A stretch of DNA of 40,634 nucleotides, taken from an uncultured Anaerolineae bacterium (lineage in GTDB: Bacteria; Chloroflexota; Anaerolineae; VGOG01). The translations under genes were made by a program, and so were the position numbers. The stretch covers positions 1-40,634 of the forward strand of contig CAZQDO010000002.1 of the NCBI GenBank assembly GCA_964592085.1. The letters run 5' to 3'. Shown here piece after piece: positions 9,137 through 16,187 of this stretch; position 1 is the stretch's first letter; each line of letters begins with the position of its first letter. Under the pieces are notes generated by a model. That model was not told the DNA's origin. It made no database searches and saw nothing but the letters and a program-made list of their open reading frames with translations.

Positions 9137-10561
9137 ATGACGACTGCTTTGTGGTGGGTGCGCCGTGACTTGCGTCTGACGGACAACCAGTCCCTGGCCG
9201 CAGCCTTGACCCACGCCGACCTCGTGATCCCCGTCTTCGTGCTGGATCCGACGCTGCTGAATTCGCCCTACGTCGGGCCGAAGCGGGTGGCCTTCTTGCT
9301 GAGCGGTCTGCGGGCGCTGGACGCTGACCTGCGTATCCGAGGCAGCCGTCTGATCGTCCGCCAGGGCGTGCCCAGGGATGAACTCGCCGCCCTGTTGACC
9401 GAGTGCGGCGCCGGGGCCATCTTTGCCGAGGAGGACTTCTCACCCTACGCTCGGCAGCGCGACAGCGGCGTGGCCGAGCGATTGCCTCTGCACCTGGTCG
9501 GCGCTCCTATCGTCCATCGACCGGGAGCTGTCCTGAAGGCTGACGGTGCGCCCTACACGGTCTTCACGCCCTTTGGCCGCAAGTGGAAGGCCCTTCCGCC
9601 ACCACAAGCGGATGAGATTCTTCCGCCCCCAGATCGGATCCTCACGCCTTCAGGGGTGAACAGCCTGCCCATACCCACCGAACCGGCGCTCTCCCCCGAC
9701 GTGCCTTTTCTGCCAGGCGAAGCGGAAGCTCAACGCCGTCTTGGGGCCTTTGTGGGTGGTGAGGATCCGCCCATCTACCGCTACGCCACGATGCGTGATC
9801 GTCTGGATGTAGATGAGACCTCGCAGCTTTCTCCCTACTTGCGCTTCGGCGTGCTCTCCGCCCGCCAGGCAGTGGTAGCTTCCCTCGATGCGATAGCGGC
9901 GGCCCCTGATGCCGAGGACCGCGAAGGCGCCGAGACCTGGCTCAACGAGCTCATCTGGCGCGAGTTCTTCGTGCACATTCTTTACCACTTCCCCTACGTC
10001 CTGCAACAGAGCTTTCGTGCTGACCTGAGGACGATTCCCTGGGAGAACGCCCCGGGGGACTTCGCTGCCTGGTGTGAAGGGCGCACCGGCTACCCGGTGG
10101 TGGACGCCGCCATGCGACAGTTGGCCCAGACCGGCTGGATGCACAACCGGGCGCGTATGATCGTGGCCTCGTTTCTGGTGAAGCACCTGTTGGTTGACTG
10201 GCGCTGGGGAGAACGCTACTTCATGCAGCACCTGGTGGATGGTGATCCGGCGGCCAACAACGGCGGCTGGCAGTGGACGGCCGGCACCGGCACGGACGCC
10301 GCGCCCTACTTCCGCATCTTCAACCCTGTGTTGCAGGGCAGGAAGTACGACCCCCAGGGCGGCTTCGTGCGCCGTTGGGTGCCCGAGTTGGCCCGCCTGC
10401 CCGACAAGTTCATCCACCAGCCGTGGGAGATGCCCCTTCATGTTCAGCGGGAAGTTGGTTGCATCGTCGGGAAGGACTACCCCGCGCCTATCGTGGATCA
10501 TGCATGGGCACGGGAGCGGGCGTTGGCGACCTATGCACGGGCCAGGGAGGGACATAGATGA
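9137..10561 (+). CDS. phrB: deoxyribodipyrimidine (CPD) photolyase, class I / cryptochrome-photolyase family
   Basis: [13 protein letters not shown] at the N-terminus. The FAD-binding signature is [13 protein letters not shown]...[28 protein letters not shown]...[13 protein letters not shown]. Confidence 0.9.
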   Translation: MTTALWWVRRDLRLTDNQSLAAALTHADLVIPVFVLDPTLLNSPYVGPKRVAFLLSGLRALDADLRIRGSRLIVRQGVPRDELAALLTECGAGAIFAEEDFSPYARQRDSGVAERLPLHLVGAPIVHRPGAVLKADGAPYTVFTPFGRKWKALPPPQADEILPPPDRILTPSGVNSLPIPTEPALSPDVPFLPGEAEAQRRLGAFVGGEDPPIYRYATMRDRLDVDETSQLSPYLRFGVLSARQAVVASLDAIAAAPDAEDREGAETWLNELIWREFFVHILYHFPYVLQQSFRADLRTIPWENAPGDFAAWCEGRTGYPVVDAAMRQLAQTGWMHNRARMIVASFLVKHLLVDWRWGERYFMQHLVDGDPAANNGGWQWTAGTGTDAAPYFRIFNPVLQGRKYDPQGGFVRRWVPELARLPDKFIHQPWEMPLHVQREVGCIVGKDYPAPIVDHAWARERALATYARAREGHR

Positions 10562-11127
10562 CTCACAGCTACCGCTCGGCATCTCTCGAAGCCTACGTCT
10601 CTGTGGACGTTGAGGCGGCAGGGCCTAACCCCAGCCAGTACTCTCTGCTATCCATCGGCGCCTGCCTGGTGTCCGATCCTCAGTGTACCTTCTACGTAGA
10701 GCTACAGCCCGTCAACGGCAACTTCACTCCAGAGGCACTGGTGGTCTCCCGCCTGTCGCTGGAGGAACTGGCCGAAGGCGGGCTGCCGCCGGCCGAGGCC
10801 CTGGCCTGCTTCGAGGCATGGCTGGCAGCCGAGGTCCCCCCTGCTCACCAACCCATCTTCGTGGCCTTTAACGCGCCTTTTGACTGGATGTTCGTCAACG
10901 ACTACTTCCACCGCTTCCTGGGGCGAAACCCCTTCGGCCACGCCGCTCTTGACCTGAAGGCCTTCTACATGGGGTTGACTGGCGTTCGCTGGTCGGAGAC
11001 CAGCATGCGCTACGTCGCCGCTCGCTACTTGGCCAACCGCCAGCTCACACACCACGCCCTGCGCGACGCCCAGGACCAGGCTGAGCTGTTCCAGAAGATG
11101 CTGGCTGAAGCAGCGGGTCGAGGGTAG
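10558..11127 (+). CDS. DEDDh-type 3'-5' exonuclease (DnaQ-like fold)
   Basis: The start ATG overlaps the photolyase stop (ATGA). Exo I is VDVEAAG, Exo II is [10 protein letters not shown], and Exo III is HHALRDAQD (H-x4-D). Confidence 0.7.
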   Translation: MTHSYRSASLEAYVSVDVEAAGPNPSQYSLLSIGACLVSDPQCTFYVELQPVNGNFTPEALVVSRLSLEELAEGGLPPAEALACFEAWLAAEVPPAHQPIFVAFNAPFDWMFVNDYFHRFLGRNPFGHAALDLKAFYMGLTGVRWSETSMRYVAARYLANRQLTHHALRDAQDQAELFQKMLAEAAGRG

Positions 11128-11157
11128 AATGTACAGTGAAGTCCCTTCGCCCGGATG

Positions 11158-11212
11158 ATGACTTTGGTCATAGACAGATGACCGCTCTATTGATATAATT
11201 GGGACAGGTTTC
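11158..11212 (+). promoter_or_regulatory. conserved intergenic promoter/terminator-like module, copy A (hairpin arm degraded)
   Basis: ATGACTTTGGTCAT palindrome (11158-11171), TAGACA, a 17-nt spacer, and TATAAT (11194-11199). The geometry matches copies at 21150, 21811 and 34021. It lies about 45 nt upstream of the TspO-like start. Confidence 0.55.
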
Positions 11213-11245
11213 AAAGTAAACAAAACTGAAAGGCGGAGGTTATTG

Positions 11246-12028
11246 ATGAAGAAAGATAATCTGAGACAATGGGTCAATGTGCTGGCAGTGATTGCAGTCA
11301 TTGTGATTAATGGGCTGGCCAACGCCCTGCCGCTCAACGGGCAGACCACCGGCGAAATCTCTGATCGGTTCCAGGTCTACTTCGTGCCGGCTGGCTACGT
11401 GTTCGCCATCTGGGGGCTGATCTACGTGGCACTGATCGCCTTCGCCGTGTACCAGGCGCTGCCTGCCCAGCGGGACAACCCGCGCCTGCGCAGCATCGGC
11501 TATCTGTTCGCCCTGAGTTGTGCGGCCAACATCGCCTGGATCTTTCTCTGGCACTATGAGGTCTTCCCACTGACCCTGGTGGCCATGCTGTCGCTCTTGC
11601 TGCTGCTGATCGCCATCTACTTGCGCCTGGACATCGGCCGCGCTCAGGTTCCTGCAGCCGAGAAGTGGCTGGTGCACATCCCGTTCAGCATTTACCTGGG
11701 CTGGATCACGGTAGCGACCATCGCCAACGTGACCTCGCTCCTGGACTATCTGAACTGGAGCGGGTGGGGCATTAGCCCTGAGGCGTGGACGGTCATCATG
11801 CTGGTCGCCGGTGTCGGCATTGCCTCGGCGGTGAGCCTCACCCGGGGCGACGTGGCCTACATGCTGGTCATCGTGTGGGCCTTCGCGGGCATCGCCGTCA
11901 AGCACGCTGGCACGCCGGTGGTGGCGACCGCCGCCTGGGTGACGACGGCGCTGGCGGCCCTGATGGTGGTGGTGGGTTTCCTTTACAGGAAACGGCTCAA
12001 GGAAAGACTTGGGAAGGGGATGAAATGA
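11246..12028 (+). CDS. TspO/MBR-related tryptophan-rich membrane protein (long form)
   Basis: GGAGGT sits 5 nt before ATG 11246. Multi-pass, Trp/aromatic-rich; NALPLNGQTTGEISDRF...FVPAGYVFAIWGLIY...IAWIFLWHY resembles proteins annotated as tryptophan-rich sensory protein. The assignment is from memory of the family, not a search. Confidence 0.55.
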   Translation: MKKDNLRQWVNVLAVIAVIVINGLANALPLNGQTTGEISDRFQVYFVPAGYVFAIWGLIYVALIAFAVYQALPAQRDNPRLRSIGYLFALSCAANIAWIFLWHYEVFPLTLVAMLSLLLLLIAIYLRLDIGRAQVPAAEKWLVHIPFSIYLGWITVATIANVTSLLDYLNWSGWGISPEAWTVIMLVAGVGIASAVSLTRGDVAYMLVIVWAFAGIAVKHAGTPVVATAAWVTTALAALMVVVGFLYRKRLKERLGKGMK

Positions 12029-12510
12029 GCCAGCGAATTGCATTGAACGTCCAAGCGCCCGGTTTTGCTCTTGAGGATTTTGATGGGCGAACGGTAAGGC
12101 TCTCGGATTACCGTGGGCAGAAACATGTGCTCTTGGTCTTTAACCGTGGCTTCACGTGACCGTTCTGCCGCCGGCACATGGCACAGTTGCGTCAAGACTA
12201 TGAGAAATTCGTGGAAAAGAACGCCGAGGTGATCGTGATCGGCCCGGAAGACAAGGCGACCTATGCTGACTACTGGCAAAGGGAGAACCTGCCCTTCATC
12301 GGTTTGCCCGACCCTCAACACTCCGTGCTGAAACTGTATGGTCAGGAGGTCAACTTGTTCAAACTGGGGCGTATGCCAGCTCAGGTGATCGTGGACTGGG
12401 AGGGTATAGCTCGCTATGTTCACTATGGTCACTCGATGAGCGACATTCCGCCCAATGAAGAACTCCTGGCCCTGCTCGACGAGTTGAATCAGGAAGGGAA
12501 AGCAAAGTGA
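12025..12510 (+). CDS. peroxiredoxin-like / AhpC-TSA (thioredoxin-fold) protein with in-frame TGA at the redox motif: candidate selenoprotein (T-U-P-F-C)
   Basis: Two track ORFs (ending 12159, restarting 12178) share one frame and are separated only by TGA 12157-12159. Read-through gives ...HVLLVFNRGFT-U-PFCRRHMAQLRQDYEKF..., the canonical position of the first Cys of a CxxC/Prx motif. The start overlaps the upstream stop (ATGA) and the stop overlaps the downstream start (GTGA). Confidence 0.6.
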
Positions 12511-13499
12511 TTCCCAACCAATGGTACGTCGTGATGGATCCTGAGCAAGTTAAAGACCGGCCCGTGGGCGTGACGCGCCTGGGCGAAAAGCTGGTCTTCT
12601 GGCGGGATGACACAGGCAAGGTGAGTTGCCTGCGCGACAAATGCGTTCACCGGGGCGTTCAACTCAGCAAGGGCAAGGTGACAGGCGGGTATATCCAGTG
12701 TCCGTTTCATGGCTTCGAGTACGATGCCACTGGTCGCGTCAAGCTCATCCCAGCCAACGGCAAGAATACGCCCGTGCCGGAGCGCTTCAAAGTCCACAGC
12801 TATCCCACCTACGAAAATCACGGCTTCATCTGGATCTGGTGGGGCGAGGAGCCGCCGGACGGCCTCAAGCCGCCGCGTTTCTTCGACGACCTGGACGATA
12901 GCTTCTCCTACGGCAGGGCCTATGACCCCTGGGATGCCCACTATTCCCGCGTCATCGAGAACCAGCTCGACGTGGTGCACCTACCCTTCGTGCACCACAA
13001 CACCATCGGGCGCGGCGGGCGCACGCTGGTGGATGGCCCTGTGGTCCGCTGGATGGATGAGGACATGTTCTTCGTCTACGTCTTCAACCGGGTGGACGAC
13101 GGCACGCCGCCGCGCAGTCCAGAGGAGTTGACGTCCTCGGAGGGCCAAGTGTACCTGGAGTTCATTTTCCCCAACCTGTGGCAGAATCACATCTCGGAAC
13201 AGACGCGCGTTGTGGCCGCCTTCGTGCCGGTGGATGAAGCCCACACCATCCTCTACTTGCGCTTCTACCAGAACTTCGTGCGGCTGCCGCTACTGCGCGA
13301 TCTGTTCAACTGGTTATCCATGCCGTTCAACTTGCTGATCGCTCATCAGGATCGGCGTGTGGTGGTCACGCAGCAACCCAAGCCCTCCGGGCTCAAGATC
13401 GGCGAGAAGCTGATCCAGGGCGACCGGCCCATCGTGGAGTACCGCCGGCGGCGACAAGAACTTCTGGATGAAGTCGCCCGGCCGTCCACGTCGGATTAA
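12507..13499 (+). CDS. Rieske [2Fe-2S] non-heme-iron oxygenase, single-subunit type (PaO/KshA-like architecture)
   Basis: The Rieske motif is CVHRG-x16-CPFHGF. The mononuclear iron motif is ENQLDVVHLPFVHHN (E/D-N-x2-D-x2-H-x4-H). 330 aa with no beta-subunit gene. Confidence 0.8.
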   Translation: MIPNQWYVVMDPEQVKDRPVGVTRLGEKLVFWRDDTGKVSCLRDKCVHRGVQLSKGKVTGGYIQCPFHGFEYDATGRVKLIPANGKNTPVPERFKVHSYPTYENHGFIWIWWGEEPPDGLKPPRFFDDLDDSFSYGRAYDPWDAHYSRVIENQLDVVHLPFVHHNTIGRGGRTLVDGPVVRWMDEDMFFVYVFNRVDDGTPPRSPEELTSSEGQVYLEFIFPNLWQNHISEQTRVVAAFVPVDEAHTILYLRFYQNFVRLPLLRDLFNWLSMPFNLLIAHQDRRVVVTQQPKPSGLKIGEKLIQGDRPIVEYRRRRQELLDEVARPSTSD

Positions 13500-13515
13500 G
13501 CACACCTTCAGGCGA

Positions 13516-13574
13516 CGGAGTCCCCAACTTGTTGGGGGTATGGTGCAATGAACCCGAACAAGTTCGGGACTCCG
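13516..13574 (+). promoter_or_regulatory. paired 16-bp palindromes / long imperfect hairpin between the Rieske and MFS genes
   Basis: CCCCAACTTGTTGGGG (13522-13537) and CCCGAACAAGTTCGGG (13553-13568) are each self-complementary. They are flanked by CGGAGT / ACTCCG, so the whole region can also fold as one 22-bp-arm hairpin. Confidence 0.45.
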
Positions 13575-13634
13575 CTGCCGCGAGGTTGTTGCCCCAGGTA
13601 TCAAAATCAAAGTGATGGGCTAAATAGGTGGAAA

Positions 13635-14846
13635 ATGGATGTAAGAAGACGTCTTGCTTTGCTCTTCGCTTTTGTTTTTGTTGACGTACTCGGTTTCAGC
13701 CTGATCCTGCCGCTGTTGCCCTACTACGCCGAGACCTTTGGGGCCACACCTACCCTCGTTGGGCTGTTGCTGGGCGCCAACGCGGCAGCCCAATTCATCG
13801 GGGCGCCGATCATCGGGCGACTCTCTGACCGCTACGGGCGGCGGCCCTTGTTGATCCTCAGCATCGCTGGCACGGTGGTCAGCTTTGTGATACTTGGCCT
13901 GGCGAACTCGTTGGAGATGCTTTTCGCCAGCCGCATCCTGGACGGACTTCTGGGAGGCAACGTCTCGCTGGCCCAGGCCTACATTACCGACGTGACCGAC
14001 GACAAGAACCGGGCCAGGGGACTGGGTCTCATCGGAGCCGCCTTCGGTCTGGGGTTCATCTTTGGCCCAGCGTTGGGCGGTGCGCTCAGCACCGGGGGAA
14101 ACTACAGTTTGCCTGCCTTCGTGGCCGCTGGCTTGTCGGCCCTCAACTTGTTGGGCGTGCTCATCTGGCTGCCGGAGTCGCTGCCCCCAGAAAGACGCGC
14201 CCAAATGGCCAGTCACCCTCGTACCGCGTTCACAGCTCGCGCGTTGCGGGAAGCGTTGCGTCGTCCCTGCGTTGGCCCACTGTTGCAGGTGACCCTCTTC
14301 TACGGCCTGGCCTTCACCATCTTTCAGACCATCTTTACGCTCTTCGCTGAAAGACGGTTGAGCCTGGACTCGCGAGCCGTGGGCTATGTGTTCACCTACG
14401 TGGGTTTGCTTATCGTGGCTATACAGGGCGGTGGGATGGGACTCCTGACCAAACGCTTCAGCGAAAAGCATCTCATCTTCGGTGGAACGATCCTTCTGAC
14501 CTTTTCGTTGTTAGCGTGGGCACTGACCCCGACGCTGTGGCTGTTGTTGCTGGTGCTGGCCCCGCTGTCCCTGGCCAGCGGCGTGCTCAGGGTTTCCATC
14601 AACAGCGCGCTGACCAAATCGGTCTATCCGGAGGAGGTGGGGGGGACATTGGGCATGTCCGCTTCACTGGAGAGTCTGACGCGGGTCGTGTCGCCCATTG
14701 TGGGTGGGTTCCTGCTTGATAATCTGGGAACGGCGGCCCCAGGCATTGCGGGTGCCCTGCTCATGAGTTTGCTGATTCCCTTCGTGTGGAGGCGGGTGCT
14801 TTTCGTGCCGGATTTGGTATGCCCTGAGCCGATATTAGAGGGATAA
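13635..14846 (+). CDS. MFS transporter (drug:H+ antiporter / Tet-like, 12 TM)
   Basis: ATG 13635 gives MDVRRRLALLFAFVFVDVLGFSLILPLLPYY. MFS motif A is GRLSDRYGRRPLL. The upstream ORF extension (13548) runs through the palindromes and is rejected. Confidence 0.8.
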   Translation: MDVRRRLALLFAFVFVDVLGFSLILPLLPYYAETFGATPTLVGLLLGANAAAQFIGAPIIGRLSDRYGRRPLLILSIAGTVVSFVILGLANSLEMLFASRILDGLLGGNVSLAQAYITDVTDDKNRARGLGLIGAAFGLGFIFGPALGGALSTGGNYSLPAFVAAGLSALNLLGVLIWLPESLPPERRAQMASHPRTAFTARALREALRRPCVGPLLQVTLFYGLAFTIFQTIFTLFAERRLSLDSRAVGYVFTYVGLLIVAIQGGGMGLLTKRFSEKHLIFGGTILLTFSLLAWALTPTLWLLLLVLAPLSLASGVLRVSINSALTKSVYPEEVGGTLGMSASLESLTRVVSPIVGGFLLDNLGTAAPGIAGALLMSLLIPFVWRRVLFVPDLVCPEPILEG

Positions 14847-14927
14847 GGAGGATCCTATAAGACATGGACGCATTATCTTAGCCCAGGAACTTGAATGAGA
14901 CCGACTATCGAGAAAGGAGGAATTGAA

Positions 14928-15698
14928 ATGAACAATGAGCGGACTTTTACAGGGTTGCGCAGATTTAACGCAGCGATGGGTTTGCTCCACCTGGTGCAGG
15001 GGATCCTGATGATCGTTCTCAGCAACGATACCACCTATCCCATCACCACCGCCTACCTCAAGTTCGATTTCGAGAACTTCAAACTGACCTCGAATCTTCA
15101 GGAGACGGGAGAGCTGTTGTTTGGCCCGGCTGTCGCGGTGTTCCTGCTACTCTCGGCCGTGGCGCACTTCAGCCTGTCCACCTTCGGCTACAAGTGGTAC
15201 GTGAGGAATCTCAAGAAGGGCATGAACCCCGCCCGCTTCTACGAGTACGCCCTCAGTTCGTCGCTGATGATCGTCTTGATAGCCATGCTGGTAGGCATGT
15301 ACGACCTGCCCAGCCTGATCCTGATCTTCTCGCTGAACGCCATGATGAATCTGTTCGGCCACATGATGGAACTGCACAACCAGACAACGCCTCGCACCAA
15401 CTGGACGGCCTTCATCTACGGCTGTATCGCCGGGATCGTGCCGTGGATTACGATTGTGATGTATTTGGTTGGCGCGGCCCAATCGGTGGATGCCAAGCCG
15501 CCAGCGTTCGTATACGCCATCATCGCCTCCATCTTCGTGTTCTTCAACATCTTCGCGGTCAACATGTTCTTGCAGTACAAGAAGGTTGGCCCGTGGAAGA
15601 ACTACCTGTTTGGAGAGCGGATGTTCATCGTGCTGAGCCTGGTCGCCAAGACGGCCCTGGCCTGGCAGATATTCGCTGGCACCTTGGCCCCTGTTTAA
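14928..15698 (+). CDS. heliorhodopsin (inverted-topology type-1-like rhodopsin)
   Basis: AGGAGG sits 7 nt before ATG 14928. By eye it aligns along its whole length with the heliorhodopsin 48C12 sequence as I remember it. Matching segments are FNAAMGLLHLVQ, AVAHFS, RFYEYALSSSLMIVLIA (counterion Glu), YGCIAGIVPW, FVYAII.SIFVFFN, LQYKK.G.W.NYL.GER..IVLSLVAKTALAWQIFAGTL (Schiff-base Lys). Confidence 0.9.
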   Translation: MNNERTFTGLRRFNAAMGLLHLVQGILMIVLSNDTTYPITTAYLKFDFENFKLTSNLQETGELLFGPAVAVFLLLSAVAHFSLSTFGYKWYVRNLKKGMNPARFYEYALSSSLMIVLIAMLVGMYDLPSLILIFSLNAMMNLFGHMMELHNQTTPRTNWTAFIYGCIAGIVPWITIVMYLVGAAQSVDAKPPAFVYAIIASIFVFFNIFAVNMFLQYKKVGPWKNYLFGERMFIVLSLVAKTALAWQIFAGTLAPV

Positions 15699-15710
15699 TC
15701 AGAGGATTGT

Positions 15711-16187
15711 ATGAGCCGCTTGAGGCCTGACAAATTGCACGTCCGGTTTGCTGCCGGGGCAAGCCCAGACGGGCCGAGCACTCCCCGCCACTACACCCTG
15801 ACCCACTCCGACGCGACGGGGGACCTGTATCTCACCATCGGGCCGGACTACGACCGCCGGCAGATCTCAGGGTGGTATACCCGCTTAATGCGAGACGAGG
15901 TGCTGGCCGAGTGGCGGCAAGAGAAGGATGGCCCAGCCCTCCACGTTCACTGTCACGTGAGCGGTGGGTTGGTGATCGGCTCGGCTGGCTGGCGATATGC
16001 CATCTTCCAAAGAGAGTTGCCGCTGGTGTTGGAGGCCTTTCGCTTTGGCGACCGGCGGCTCTTTGAGATCGAGCCTGGGCTGGATCGGGCGCCCATTTGG
16101 GTGCATTTCCACGCCGCACAGCTTGGCTACAATAAGACCGAGTCGTGGGGCGTTCCCGCCGATTACCCTGAGAGGGGAGAGGCGTGA
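15711..16187 (+). CDS. Staygreen (SGR) family protein, Mg-dechelatase homologue
   Basis: Starts 12 nt after the heliorhodopsin stop. PRHYTLTHSD, GWYTRLMRDEVLAEW, LHVHCHVSGG, IFQRELPLVLEAF, IWVHFH and ESWG match the conserved SGR-domain blocks of plant SGR1 and bacterial homologues. Confidence 0.85.
   Translation: MSRLRPDKLHVRFAAGASPDGPSTPRHYTLTHSDATGDLYLTIGPDYDRRQISGWYTRLMRDEVLAEWRQEKDGPALHVHCHVSGGLVIGSAGWRYAIFQRELPLVLEAFRFGDRRLFEIEPGLDRAPIWVHFHAAQLGYNKTESWGVPADYPERGEA

Noticed and set aside
12157-12159. TGA in the peroxiredoxin-like gene as a simple nonsense mutation or assembly error
   Set aside because: Not fully excluded. It is disfavoured because the codon falls exactly on the redox-active Cys position, both halves stay in frame and intact, and the gene is overlap-coupled to both neighbours. 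It is kept as the alternative hypothesis in the finding.
13548-13634. N-terminal extension of the MFS transporter
   Set aside because: It covers the paired palindromes and is non-hydrophobic filler. The MFS TM1 begins right after ATG 13635.
14928-15698. Type-1 (proteorhodopsin/bacteriorhodopsin-like) ion-pumping rhodopsin
   Set aside because: The sequence lacks the helix-C DTD/DTE/NDQ-type motifs. It matches heliorhodopsin-specific blocks throughout: YEYALSSS, GCIAGIVPW and LSLVAK.ALAWQ at the extreme C-terminus.
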